A stretch of 64,000 nucleotides of DNA, from NCBI GenBank assembly GCA_963665615.2, contig CAXXQE010000006.1, forward strand, positions 310,001-374,000, given 5' to 3'. A program made the translations under genes and the position numbers. A model generated the notes under the pieces. It did no database searches. It was not told the DNA's origin and saw only the letters and a program-made list of their open reading frames with translations. This stretch comes from Syntrophales bacterium (GTDB lineage: Bacteria; Desulfobacterota; Syntrophia; Syntrophales; UBA4778). The first letter of the stretch is position 1. Every line of letters begins with the position of its first letter. Below, in pieces: positions 23,146-33,092 of this stretch.

Positions 23146-23461
23146 GAACCACCTTCGTGCGACCGTATTTTTGTTTTCATGTTACCAGTTTCTGTTTGCG
23201 TTGTCTATGAAAAAATGATCTATCATCTTGATTGTACAACGTTTTTTACCATACCGTCCTGCAAATTCGGAAATAACGCCATCGTGTTTTTGATTTCGTC
23301 CGACAGGTCCCTGAACAACTCAACACCACGATCCCCCTTCGGCCAAAGCGATATCGGTTTCGACAAGCACCAATAAAAAACCCGCTGTTTTCAGCGGGGT
23401 TTAAAGGCGCAGTCCTTTGAACTGATTAAAAAATATCTTGATATCATTATTTATTTAATGA

Positions 23462-23579
23462 ATTGAAGACTCACCGGCGCAAGCTCCGGCGAATCTCCGA
23501 TTCCCAAGGTAGCTGCTTATTTCTGATGCGCTCGCTTGCCCCGCCACGAGCAGCTGGGAGTGGGACGCTAAAGAATTCA
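23462..23579 (+). repeat. REP/MITE-like family A, long copy
   Basis: attgaagactcaccggcgcaagctccggcgaatctccgattcccaaggtag..., matching 8254-8371 and 59412-59557. Confidence 0.8.
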
Positions 23580-23650
23580 ATTTTTAAAATGCCGCCAAAT
23601 ATACCACAGCAAACGAATGTACATCTTACCATTTTTATTTATGACCAAAT

Positions 23651-24004
23651 TCATTTGCTATTGTCCAGCAACACCCTTTCATCCCCGGTCATGATAATCT
23701 TAAATTTACCTATAAAATTTTTCTCATCATCCCTTAGCGGCTTTCCAGCATCGCTCAGATACCACTCGTAGCATTTTTGCCAGCAATCCGCGTCAAAATA
23801 GATCGTCTCCATCATGACATCATACGGGGGCTCGGTTTCACCAACTTTTAAAATATAATTATGCCTATAAAACACCATCCCAGCTTTTAAGGCGGGCGGC
23901 ATCAGCCTTAGTGCCAGAGGTGCATGTGTTTCCAGGTAATATTTTTGAAATTCCTCGAACGTCATATCGCTTCGTCTTTTAATCATTCCAAACAATTTGA
24001 TCAT
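23651..24004 (-). CDS. EthD-domain protein
   Basis: MIKLFGMIKRRSDMTFEEFQKYYLETHAPLA, YD...E and DEKNFI, the pattern typical of EthD/DABB proteins. Confidence 0.85.
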   Translation of the reverse strand: MIKLFGMIKRRSDMTFEEFQKYYLETHAPLALRLMPPALKAGMVFYRHNYILKVGETEPPYDVMMETIYFDADCWQKCYEWYLSDAGKPLRDDEKNFIGKFKIIMTGDERVLLDNSK

Positions 24005-24193
24005 ATCCCTATTCTCCTATTCCGTTTTCAATCTGTAGAATTTTTATCTCTGCTGTTGAACCTGAACGCATACTCTTTATAGTTTAGCGTATGCGCCACG
24101 TGCTCGATTTCCCTTAACGCGGCGTGCGCTAACGTATGATGCGCACAGCTGCAAGATTCATCTATCTAAAAAGTTCTGCTTCCCGATTTGAGA

Positions 24194-24955
24194 TCAGTCA
24201 GGCTTCTTTTTCCCCACCCTTGTAAAATATTCTTCAGGTATAGATTCTTGTTTCTTGTAAATCAGCCATCTGCATGGTTCATTCGAATCGACGCGATAAT
24301 CTGTTATCCAAAGCGGGTACCCGCCCCATTCAATCGGTAATATTTCATTCATCATGCAGCAGCGAAGGCACCTGTAATTTACGCCTTGCATTGCCCATGT
24401 CCACGGATAGGCCTTTTGGCAAGATCCAAGATCTCCGAGGAATTGAGAATTAGGAAAATTTTTTTTAATGTCTCGTCTTCGATGCAAACCCGCATATCCA
24501 CACGGATCCATAATGAGCTGATATTTTTCCGGATCCTCGACAACGGAAATACCCGCATAAAAACCAGGCGCGTTATTCAGCCTCTCCGCTCTTTTGATTT
24601 CGACCGCTACTTGAACGCGCTCTTCGATACCCATTTTAATGACCTTGTCATAGAAACTCTTGAACCAAGAGGGTATCGTCGCTCTCAACGCTTTTTCGAT
24701 CTCTGCCTCACCCGATTTTTCGGCAATGTAACCGGGATTCGTCCACCACCAAAGAACCCGAAATGGATATTCCATGCTAACGGGCTTAACGCCTCCCCCG
24801 GGATTGATCATTAAGTCCAGCAGTTCCAAGGCATCATCCATTCTGTCTTCCCTGATCGCGTCTTTGATTTTGGTTGTCAGGGGAACGCCCGCATCATCCC
24901 ATGGGGTCTTTCTTAATCTTTTGCCTAAAATTCGAGATATTACGGATTCAACCAT
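24194..24955 (-). CDS. Hypothetical Cys-motif protein, paralog of 25000-25743
   Basis: DPCGYAG, YRCLRC..NE, PCRW and IPEEYFTRVGKKK. AAGGAG RBS; alternative GTG start at 24967. Confidence 0.75.
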   Translation of the reverse strand: MVESVISRILGKRLRKTPWDDAGVPLTTKIKDAIREDRMDDALELLDLMINPGGGVKPVSMEYPFRVLWWWTNPGYIAEKSGEAEIEKALRATIPSWFKSFYDKVIKMGIEERVQVAVEIKRAERLNNAPGFYAGISVVEDPEKYQLIMDPCGYAGLHRRRDIKKNFPNSQFLGDLGSCQKAYPWTWAMQGVNYRCLRCCMMNEILPIEWGGYPLWITDYRVDSNEPCRWLIYKKQESIPEEYFTRVGKKKPD

Positions 24956-24999
24956 TTTATGACTCACTCCTTTTTTCAGTCCGTTGCAGGATTTTCACT

Positions 25000-25743
25000 T
25001 CATCCTGGCTTTCTCTTTCCCAATCTTTCATAATATTCTTCAGGAATAAATTCGGGCTTTTTATAAAAAATGTGTCTGCATGGTTGATCAGGATCTTCCG
25101 ACCATTCCGTTACAAAGTTCGGGGTTCCGAAAAGCTCAATGCCTAGAAGCTCATTGACCCATGCACAATGAGTGCAGTAGTAGCTGACGCCGGCCTTTCC
25201 CCATGTCTCGGGACGAGGTTTCTTGGTCACGCCGTAATTATAAGGTGGCTCCGTTCTGGCAGGCGTTCCGTCATAGGGGTCAGGCCTTCTCATCTTTCCG
25301 CCGGACCCGCAGGGATTGAAGCTCAAGACAAACCGATCCGGCTCCTCTGTAATCGTTATCGTCCCATCCTGCTTCTCTCCGCTACGAAGCGACATCATCA
25401 GCTCGGCCCACCACCTGACCTGTTCCTCGATATCCATCGCCCTGAACCCGGGCAGATAACTTGTATTTGACAAGGACTCAGAAGCTTCCCGATAAAGGCG
25501 GAAAATTTCCTCTTCTCCGTAACGATCCGCAACGTAACTGGCCCAAGCCCATATCCAATCGCGGCTTGATTCCCATACGAACTTCCCTTCATAGCTCAGA
25601 TAGTCCAGGAGTTCCAACGCCTCTTCCTTATTGCCTGCCTCAATAGCTTCCTTAATCTTGATAACCGTCGGTATGCCAAGTTCAGCCCAATCATCCTTCC
25701 GGATCGGCCGATTGAGAATTTGCGACTTTTCAAGCCTTACCAT
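25000..25743 (-). CDS. Hypothetical Cys-motif protein, paralog of 24194-24955
   Basis: NPCGSGG, YYCTHC..NE, PCRH and IPEEYYERLGKRK. ATG at 25743. Confidence 0.75.
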   Translation of the reverse strand: MVRLEKSQILNRPIRKDDWAELGIPTVIKIKEAIEAGNKEEALELLDYLSYEGKFVWESSRDWIWAWASYVADRYGEEEIFRLYREASESLSNTSYLPGFRAMDIEEQVRWWAELMMSLRSGEKQDGTITITEEPDRFVLSFNPCGSGGKMRRPDPYDGTPARTEPPYNYGVTKKPRPETWGKAGVSYYCTHCAWVNELLGIELFGTPNFVTEWSEDPDQPCRHIFYKKPEFIPEEYYERLGKRKPG

Positions 25744-25962
25744 GTCATGACTTTCCTTTTTATTTTTAAATCCTGATGGTCCACTTTTCAAAAACTCGCG
25801 GGATCAATTTATAGTTCGCCTTTATTTCTCTGCACCGTAATCTGCCAATATGAACCCGCACATCGATCCTGGTGATATCCACGCCTCTGACGCCTTCCAG
25901 CGCTTGGATTACCGTCCGTACGAGCTGCCGGGGGAATTACCGACTGGGCATATCCCTTGTTT

Positions 25963-26778
25963 TTACCTCTCCGCCGCTGCCGCCATGCCGGACAAAAGCA
26001 TCATGCCGCCATCAATGAGAAGTTCTGCGCCGGTTGTATAGCTTGATGCGCCGGATGCGAGATAGATAGCTGCGCCAACGATGTCATCCGGATTACCGAT
26101 TCTTCCCATCGGTACTTGATGACCGAAGCTCAATTCATGCCTTTGGGCCTCATCCTCCGGGAGATGCGACCACTGCGACTCGAACATCTTGGTGACGATT
26201 GGTCCCGGACAGATAGAATTGACTTGAATGTTCATTCCGGCCAGCTCGGCAGCAAACGCTTTAGTAACCATCCGAACGCCGGCCTTGGAGATACTGTAGA
26301 CGCACGCACCCGGTTCTGGATTATGGCCATTAATGGAACCAATATTGATAATCTTCCCCCGCCCCTGCTCTTTCATCACGTTGGCACAGGCCTGACTCAT
26401 AAAAAAAAGTCCCTTGAGGTTGAGGCCCATGATTTTATCCCAGAGACGCTCATCGGTATCAAGAACAGTGGAAGCCGCAGGGGCATTTCCTGCATTGTTG
26501 ACTAAAATATCTATCTTGCCATATCTCCGCACAACGGTGTCTACCACGGTCTTTACATCATCCAACAAGCCAAGATTTGCCGCCAGCGGAAATGCTTCAC
26601 CTCCCGCTGCCGTTATCTCCGAGGCAGTTTCCTGCAGATCATTGATTTTGCGACTGGTCACAATCACGCTGGCACCCGCTTTCGCAAATCCCTGTGCAAT
26701 CGCCTTGCCAATACCGCGACTGCCGCCCGTCACAATGGCAACTTTACCCTCCAACGAAAACTCAGATAAATTAAACAT
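25963..26778 (-). CDS. Classical SDR family oxidoreductase
   Basis: TGGSRGIG, NNAG, YSISK and VNSICPG motifs. ATG at 26778 after AAGGAG. Confidence 0.93.
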   Translation of the reverse strand: MFNLSEFSLEGKVAIVTGGSRGIGKAIAQGFAKAGASVIVTSRKINDLQETASEITAAGGEAFPLAANLGLLDDVKTVVDTVVRRYGKIDILVNNAGNAPAASTVLDTDERLWDKIMGLNLKGLFFMSQACANVMKEQGRGKIINIGSINGHNPEPGACVYSISKAGVRMVTKAFAAELAGMNIQVNSICPGPIVTKMFESQWSHLPEDEAQRHELSFGHQVPMGRIGNPDDIVGAAIYLASGASSYTTGAELLIDGGMMLLSGMAAAAER

Positions 26779-26844
26779 AATTATCTCCTTTTTCTTATAG
26801 CATACGCAATGTATTCCATACGTTACCTTCACCGGCATTTAAAA

Positions 26845-26888
26845 ATCAGGCCATAATAGAAAATACTATTTCCGGGATGAAGGCCGGA
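26845..26888. repeat. Repeat family B, partial copy
   Basis: aatcaggccataatagaaaatactatttccgg, plus cgggatgaaggccgga, both shared with 52358-52420. Confidence 0.6.
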
Positions 26889-27040
26889 TTGTGAGCGCGA
26901 ATATAATGTTTTTGGGAACCATTCTTATATTAAGCGTAACGGTCGCAACTCAACCTCTCTGAGGCTGGGGAGCAGCCGAGTTTTTGAGTTGCAGCAGCGC
27001 GAGATCGCAAATCGACGAGCACATCCTCATAACGTCTGAT

Positions 27041-28144
27041 TTACGATTCCATGGCTTTCTTACATAGACTTGCCCCCATTCGCTCAAAGAGTTCCGGCAT
27101 CGTCTTCGGCGGGATAATCTGCTCATCCTCTGATCTGCGCTGCAGTTTGATGGCGTCATGCGAACAGAATGTTGTGCAGACCCCGCAGCCAATGCAACTT
27201 TCCGTTAACAATACCACTACACCATCCTTTAATTTCAAAGCCCCCAATGGGCACCCGTCTGCACAGCTTCCACAGCCGGTACAGCGGTCATCAGAGATCT
27301 CCGGGATAAAATTGGATCTTGCTGATGCATGGGAAATCTTAAGCTTGGTAATCGTCCTAATTGGTTGGCAGCAGCAATTACAGCAGTTGCAGATGAGCGG
27401 GTCAACATCTTGCGCATTGCAGACCTGGTGAATGAGACCGGCATCTTCTGACTTGCGTAGTATTTGCTTGGCTTCTTCCTTGCTGACCAAGCGTCCCTTT
27501 CCGGTATTTGCAAAAAAATCTGCGTGATCGTCAAGATAGAAACACATGTCTTCAATGGGTGCATCACATCCCTGCCCCAATGCTTTCTTGACAGCGCGGC
27601 ACATGCAATCTGTCACGGCAATCGATCGAGATTTATCAATGATAGCGTCAACCTGCTCATATGGAAGCACGCGGACCTCTGCGGCAACTGACTCGCCTAC
27701 TGGGATGACTCGAAACCATGGCGGATCAAGCGCCCGAGATACCTCTTCGCCGGACTCACAAATAGCATCAAACAGAGCGGCGAGCTTGGTGCTATTTTTC
27801 ACGGCGGAAATCTGAAATTCGGCAAGACCTGGCGCCCATGGCACAAGGTGGTAAAGTTTCGGGTCTTTATTAAAGTTTTTAAAGATGATACCCCTCATTG
27901 CCAAGTCATCCAGTTTCGGTTCCAGCTCTTCCAACCGCTCTCCAAGTCTCTTTGCAATGGCTGCTGCAGATTCGTGATCGCTCATAGAAAGTTTAGCGGC
28001 AAGTTCAGCATCTTCTGGGGTCATAATTTCTTCGAAGATAGCCCGCTGAACGGGGTTCATTCCAAAACCGTTTATTTTTGCCCACAGCCGTTCATATGAA
28101 TCCCTTGCCGAATCCTCAGTAAGAATTGTAATGGGTTGCTTCAT
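27041..28144 (-). CDS. Polyferredoxin-like 4Fe-4S protein with N-terminal winged-helix-like region
   Basis: CMCR..C..C, ICNCCNCCC and two CxxCxxCxxxC motifs. ATG at 28144. Paralog of 53953-55047. Confidence 0.85.
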   Translation of the reverse strand: MKQPITILTEDSARDSYERLWAKINGFGMNPVQRAIFEEIMTPEDAELAAKLSMSDHESAAAIAKRLGERLEELEPKLDDLAMRGIIFKNFNKDPKLYHLVPWAPGLAEFQISAVKNSTKLAALFDAICESGEEVSRALDPPWFRVIPVGESVAAEVRVLPYEQVDAIIDKSRSIAVTDCMCRAVKKALGQGCDAPIEDMCFYLDDHADFFANTGKGRLVSKEEAKQILRKSEDAGLIHQVCNAQDVDPLICNCCNCCCQPIRTITKLKISHASARSNFIPEISDDRCTGCGSCADGCPLGALKLKDGVVVLLTESCIGCGVCTTFCSHDAIKLQRRSEDEQIIPPKTMPELFERMGASLCKKAMES

Positions 28145-28193
28145 AACTTGTATGACATCCTTTCCAATAATCGATGGCGCTAAGTCATTATAC

Positions 28194-30614
28194 TTACATC
28201 TTATGGGCCGCCCGGGCGATGATATCGTTTTGCTCCTCCGGGCAGAGTTCAGCAAAGTAAGCGCTGTACCCCGCCACCCTGACCATCAGGCCCTGGTGCT
28301 TCTCAGGACGTTTCTGCGCATCCCTCAAGGTCTCTTCACTGACTACATTGAACTGAACGTGGTAGCCGCCCAGATCATGGTACGTATCGATCAAATCGAC
28401 AAATTTCTCCAAGCCCTCATCTGTCGTCACGGCGCTGGGATCAAACCGCAGATTGAGCAGATTGGATCCCTGGACCTGCGATATAAGCTTCGCCTGAGAT
28501 TTCAAAACGGCTGTCGGACCGCTGGCCTCGCCATAGCCATGCGCAGGAGACGTATTATCGGAAAGCGGTTCGCCGGCCTTCCTGCCCGATGGCAGCGCCC
28601 CGGTCGCCACGCCGAAGGGAACATTCGCCGCCGTCGAATTCCAGTTATCTGCAAAGCGGCTGATGCCATTGGCTTCCCGGCAGTATTGGGAGATTTCGAC
28701 CGCCCAGAAATTCTTGATTTCAGAGGCGATGGAATCCACGTAGTCATCGTCATTGCCAAACTTCGGCGCCCGGTTGATCACCATCTGACGCAAAGCTTCC
28801 TGCCCCTCGAAGTTCGTATCCAGCGCATCGATGAGCTCGGGCATCGTTATCAGCTTCTCTTCAAATACCAGCTTCTTGATGACCGCCAAGGAGTCGGCGA
28901 TATCTCCAAGCCCCAACCCGACCAGAACCTGATAAGGAACATACCGCGTTGCCCAGCCTTTGGGGGTTTTCGCCCGCATCGCCTTCTCAACGCAGCCCTC
29001 TACGATAATGGACTCGAGGTGTACGGGGAATTGCTCTTCGTGAATTCTCCGAAGATAATTGTTCATGATGATCTGATGCCGGGTGATATAGGTCAGTTGC
29101 TTCTTAAAGGCATCCAGGACTTCTTCATACGAGCTGAACTTACGGGCATCGCCGGTTGAAAGCCCCAGTTTCTCACCGGTCAGGCGCATCACCCCGTTGT
29201 TGAGCGCAAACTCCAGACTCATCGGAACATTCTGGATCCCGGTATCGCCGGAGGCATCGATCCCAGGCGCGAGGGCGTGTATGCAACCGAATCCTGCGAT
29301 GCACCGTGCATCCTCTTCGCTATAACCCCGCCACCGCTTCAACCAGGGCATGCCGTTTTCCGATGAACAAATGGCCGGCTGGCCGCCGCCCGTGCTCGCG
29401 CACTTTAGAGCGCGCCGTCGGAACTCCTTGGAGGATTTCTTTGTAAAATAAGCAACGAGCGAGGGCTGGACCAGATGAACCTTCTCCGAAGCCTCCAGGC
29501 AAAGATACGAGACTTCATTGACTGCGTCGTTCCCCGCGGCATCCAAGCCCCCGATGCTCATCACCTGGAACGGCGGGTACCCTGCATAATACTTCGCCGC
29601 AACATTCGAAAGCAGAGACGTGATCTCGGACAACTTCACCCACGTGCATCCGATCAGCTCTACTGCCTCTTCCCGCGTCAGGATCCCTTTTTCAAGGTCT
29701 GCCTTGTAGTAAGGATACATATACTGGTCAAATCTGCCCGGTGAACAGGCATAGGCCTTCATTTCCAAAAAATTCACTACCGGAATGAAATAAAAGAACT
29801 GGATCGCCTCATGAAACGTCCGCGCGGGCTTCGCCGGCACCCGGTCACAGACCTCCGCGATTTTCTCCAGCTCCTGCTTCCGTTTCGCGTTCTTCTCCTG
29901 CTTCGCCAGCTCCCTGGCCTTCTCGGCATGACGCTTCCCGTACGTGTTCAGACCCTCGCACGCGATGATGATCGCTCTTAAAAAATCAATCCCGTCCAAA
30001 TTGGCATACACGGTGGGATCCAGGGTCTTTAACTTCGCCTCGGCATCCGCGATAATGCCCTCCATGCCCTTGCCGATCAACCAGTCCCAGGAAGGTGAAT
30101 AATGTCCCCAGCCCATCTGGGAAAAGACATTATGGCCGATAATGCCTTTGTCCAAAACCACATCCAACGTCGATTTCGGAAGCTGCGCCAGGAACTGGTC
30201 GTACACGGAAATCCCCCGCCAAAAAGGAAAGATATCTTCCTTTAAAATTCGCTTCGCCTCGTCGCTCACTTTAATCGGGTCTTGCGGGCGCGTCTCAAAG
30301 GTGTCCAACTCTTCCTCTACCCACGCAATCTGAAGCTCCGGATACGTCGCCGTCCCACGGGGCTTTCTCGCCGGAGAACCCACCACCAGCTCATGGTCCT
30401 GTATCACGATCGGGATGTTCTCAAGAACCTTCTTGAAGGCCTTGGCACGACGGATCTCTATATTCTCTCCGGCCGTCTCCTTGAAAGATTCGGTGTAAAA
30501 AAGGTCCCGCTCAACGCACAGTTCAGGCTTGTTCTTAAAATACTGCGCTTTTAAGGCTTCAAATCTCTCTTCCATGCCCCCTGCATTGTTTACTACAAGC
30601 TCTGGCTTACCCAT
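28194..30614 (-). CDS. Glycyl radical enzyme (PFL superfamily), copy A, Cys loop GCIH
   Basis: 806 aa. SPGRFDQYMYPYY, Cys444 in AGFGCIHA, PKFGNDDDYVD, HVQFNV and the Gly motif MVRVAGYSAYF (Gly782). Confidence 0.93.
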   Translation of the reverse strand: MGKPELVVNNAGGMEERFEALKAQYFKNKPELCVERDLFYTESFKETAGENIEIRRAKAFKKVLENIPIVIQDHELVVGSPARKPRGTATYPELQIAWVEEELDTFETRPQDPIKVSDEAKRILKEDIFPFWRGISVYDQFLAQLPKSTLDVVLDKGIIGHNVFSQMGWGHYSPSWDWLIGKGMEGIIADAEAKLKTLDPTVYANLDGIDFLRAIIIACEGLNTYGKRHAEKARELAKQEKNAKRKQELEKIAEVCDRVPAKPARTFHEAIQFFYFIPVVNFLEMKAYACSPGRFDQYMYPYYKADLEKGILTREEAVELIGCTWVKLSEITSLLSNVAAKYYAGYPPFQVMSIGGLDAAGNDAVNEVSYLCLEASEKVHLVQPSLVAYFTKKSSKEFRRRALKCASTGGGQPAICSSENGMPWLKRWRGYSEEDARCIAGFGCIHALAPGIDASGDTGIQNVPMSLEFALNNGVMRLTGEKLGLSTGDARKFSSYEEVLDAFKKQLTYITRHQIIMNNYLRRIHEEQFPVHLESIIVEGCVEKAMRAKTPKGWATRYVPYQVLVGLGLGDIADSLAVIKKLVFEEKLITMPELIDALDTNFEGQEALRQMVINRAPKFGNDDDYVDSIASEIKNFWAVEISQYCREANGISRFADNWNSTAANVPFGVATGALPSGRKAGEPLSDNTSPAHGYGEASGPTAVLKSQAKLISQVQGSNLLNLRFDPSAVTTDEGLEKFVDLIDTYHDLGGYHVQFNVVSEETLRDAQKRPEKHQGLMVRVAGYSAYFAELCPEEQNDIIARAAHKM

Positions 30615-30671
30615 TTTTACGCCTCCTTATTCGTCGAATGCCTAATTATTTATTGAGCCAGGTCATTACCC

Positions 30672-33092
30672 TTACATCTTATGGGCCGCACGGGCGATGA
30701 TATCGTTTTGCTCCTCCGTGCAGAGTTCAGCAAAGTAAGCGCTGTACCCCGCCACCCGAACCATCAGACCCTGGTGCTTTTCAGGATACTCCTGTGCATC
30801 CTTCAAGGTCTCTTCGCTGACCACATTGAACTGAACGTGGTAGCCGCCCAGATCATGGTAGGTATCTATCAGGTCGACAAATTTCTCCAACCCCTCATCC
30901 GTTGTCACGGCGCTGGGATCAAACCGCAGATTGAGCAGATTGCACCCCTGGTCTTCTGCTTTGAGCTTTGCCTGAGATTTCAAAACCGCTGTCGGACCGC
31001 TGGCCTCGCCATAGCCATGGGCCGGAGACGTATTATCCGAAAGCGGTTCGCCGGCTTTCTTGCCGGATGGCAGCGCCCCGGTCGCCAAACCGAAGGGAAC
31101 ATTCGCCGCCGTCGAATTCCAGTTCTGCGCAAAACGGCTGATGCCATTGGGCTCCCGGCAATATTGGGAGATTTCGACCGCCCACCAATTCTCGATTTCA
31201 GCAGCGATTGAATCCACGTAGTCATCGTCATTGCCAAACTTCGGCGCCCGGTTGATCAGCATCTGACGCAAAGCTTCCTTCCCTGCAAAGTTCTTATCCA
31301 AGGCATCGATGAGCTCGGGCATCGTGATCAGCTTTTCTTCAAATACCAGCTTCTTGATGACTGCCAAGGAGTCGGCGATATCTGCAAGCCCCATCCCGAC
31401 CAGAACCTGATAGGGAATATACCGCTGGGCCCATCCATTAGGGGTTTTCGCCCGGGTCACCTTCTCGACGCATCCCTCAACGATAATGGACTCGAGGTGC
31501 ACAGGGAATTGCTCATCGTGAATTCTCCGAAGATAATTGTTCATGATGATCTGATGCCGGGTGATATAGGCGAGTTGCTTCTTAAACGCATCCAGGACTT
31601 CTCCATACGAACTGAACTTACGGGGGTCGCCGGTTGAAAGCCCCAGCTTCTCACCGGTCAGGCGCATCACCCCGTTGTTGAGCGCAAACTCCAGACTCAT
31701 CGGAACATTCTGCAGCCCGGTATCGCCTATACTATCTATGCCCGGTGTCAGGCTGCCTATGCACCCGATTCCCCCTACGCACAGCGCATCCTTTTCGCTA
31801 TAACCCCGCCACCGCATCACCCACGGCATGCCGTTCTCCGATGAACAGATGGCCGGCTGACCGCCGCCCGTGCTCGCGCACCGGAGGGCGTGACGTTTAA
31901 AGTCATGGGTGGATTTCTTTGTAAAATACGCAACCAATGAAGGCTGAACCAGATGAACCTTCTCCGAGGCCTCAAGACATAGATAAGAGACTTCATTGAC
32001 TGCGTCGTTGCCTGCGGCATCCAAGCCCCCGATGCTCATCACCTGGAACGGCGGATAACCTGCATAATACTTCGCCGCAACATTCGAAAGCAGAGACGTG
32101 ATCTCGGACAACTTCACCCAGGTGCATCCGATCAGCTCTACTGCCTCTTCACGAGTCAGGATCCCTTTTTCAAGGTCTGCCTTGTAGTAAGGGTACATAT
32201 ACTGGTCAAATCTGCCCGGTGAACAGGCATAGGCCTTCATTTCCAAAAAATTCACTACCGGAATGAAATAAAAGAACTGGATCGCCTCATGAAACGTCCG
32301 CGCGGGCTTCGCCGGAACACGGTCACAGACCTCGGCGATCTTCTCCAGCTCCTGCTTCCGTTTCGCGTTCTTCTCCTGCTTCGCCAGCTCCCTGGCCTTC
32401 TCGGCATGACGCTTCCCGTACGTGATCAGACCCTCGCACGCGATGATGATCGCTCTTAAAAAATCAATCCCGTCCAAATTGGCATACACGGTGGGATCCA
32501 GGGTCTTTAACTTCGCCTCGGCATCCGCGATAATGCCCTCCATGCCCTTGCCGATCAACCAGTCCCAGGAAGGTGAATAATGTCCCCAGCCCATCTGGGA
32601 AAAGACATTATGGCCGATAATGCCTTTGTCCAAAACCACATCCAACGTCGATTTCGGAAGCTGCGCCAGGAACTGGTCGTACACGGAAATCCCCCGCCAA
32701 AAAGGAAAAATATCTTCCTTTAAAATTCGCTTCGCCTCGTCGCTCACTTTAATCGGGTCTTGCGGCCGCGTCTCAAAGGTGTCCAACTCTTCCTCTACCC
32801 ACGCTATCTGAAGCTCCGGATACGTCGCCGTCCCACGGGGCTTCTTGGCAGGAGAGCCCACCACCAGCTCATGGTCCTGGATCACGATCGGGATGTTCTC
32901 AAGCACCTTCTTGAAGGCCTTGGCACGACGGATCTCTATATTCTCTCCGGCCGTCTCCTTGAAAGATTCGGTGTAAAAAAGGTCCCGCTCAACGCACAGT
33001 TCAGGCTTGTTCTTAAAGTACTGCGCTTTTAAGGCTTCAAATCTCTCTTCCATGCCCCCTGCATTGTTTACTTCAAGCTCTGGCTTACCCAT
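30672..33092 (-). CDS. Glycyl radical enzyme (PFL superfamily), copy B, Cys loop GCIG
   Basis: 806-aa tandem paralog with Cys444 in GGIGCIGS and MVRVAGYSAYF. Confidence 0.93.
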   Translation of the reverse strand: MGKPELEVNNAGGMEERFEALKAQYFKNKPELCVERDLFYTESFKETAGENIEIRRAKAFKKVLENIPIVIQDHELVVGSPAKKPRGTATYPELQIAWVEEELDTFETRPQDPIKVSDEAKRILKEDIFPFWRGISVYDQFLAQLPKSTLDVVLDKGIIGHNVFSQMGWGHYSPSWDWLIGKGMEGIIADAEAKLKTLDPTVYANLDGIDFLRAIIIACEGLITYGKRHAEKARELAKQEKNAKRKQELEKIAEVCDRVPAKPARTFHEAIQFFYFIPVVNFLEMKAYACSPGRFDQYMYPYYKADLEKGILTREEAVELIGCTWVKLSEITSLLSNVAAKYYAGYPPFQVMSIGGLDAAGNDAVNEVSYLCLEASEKVHLVQPSLVAYFTKKSTHDFKRHALRCASTGGGQPAICSSENGMPWVMRWRGYSEKDALCVGGIGCIGSLTPGIDSIGDTGLQNVPMSLEFALNNGVMRLTGEKLGLSTGDPRKFSSYGEVLDAFKKQLAYITRHQIIMNNYLRRIHDEQFPVHLESIIVEGCVEKVTRAKTPNGWAQRYIPYQVLVGMGLADIADSLAVIKKLVFEEKLITMPELIDALDKNFAGKEALRQMLINRAPKFGNDDDYVDSIAAEIENWWAVEISQYCREPNGISRFAQNWNSTAANVPFGLATGALPSGKKAGEPLSDNTSPAHGYGEASGPTAVLKSQAKLKAEDQGCNLLNLRFDPSAVTTDEGLEKFVDLIDTYHDLGGYHVQFNVVSEETLKDAQEYPEKHQGLMVRVAGYSAYFAELCTEEQNDIIARAAHKM

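Noticed and set aside
24082..24133. Imperfect palindrome gtttagcg...cgctaac considered as an integron attC site
   Set aside because: The core orientation is GTT...AAC rather than RYYYAAC...GTTRRRY, and there is no integron integrase or cassette array.
28145..28255. Extended start of the Fe-S gene overlapping GRE-A
   Set aside because: It overlaps the GRE 3' end. ATG 28144 gives a length matching the paralog at 53953-55047.
28194..33092. GREs as pyruvate formate-lyase, choline TMA-lyase or benzyl/alkylsuccinate synthase
   Set aside because: There is no adjacent CC pair (PFL), no GCVE (CutC-type), no CMSP loop or small Bss subunits, and no microcompartment genes.
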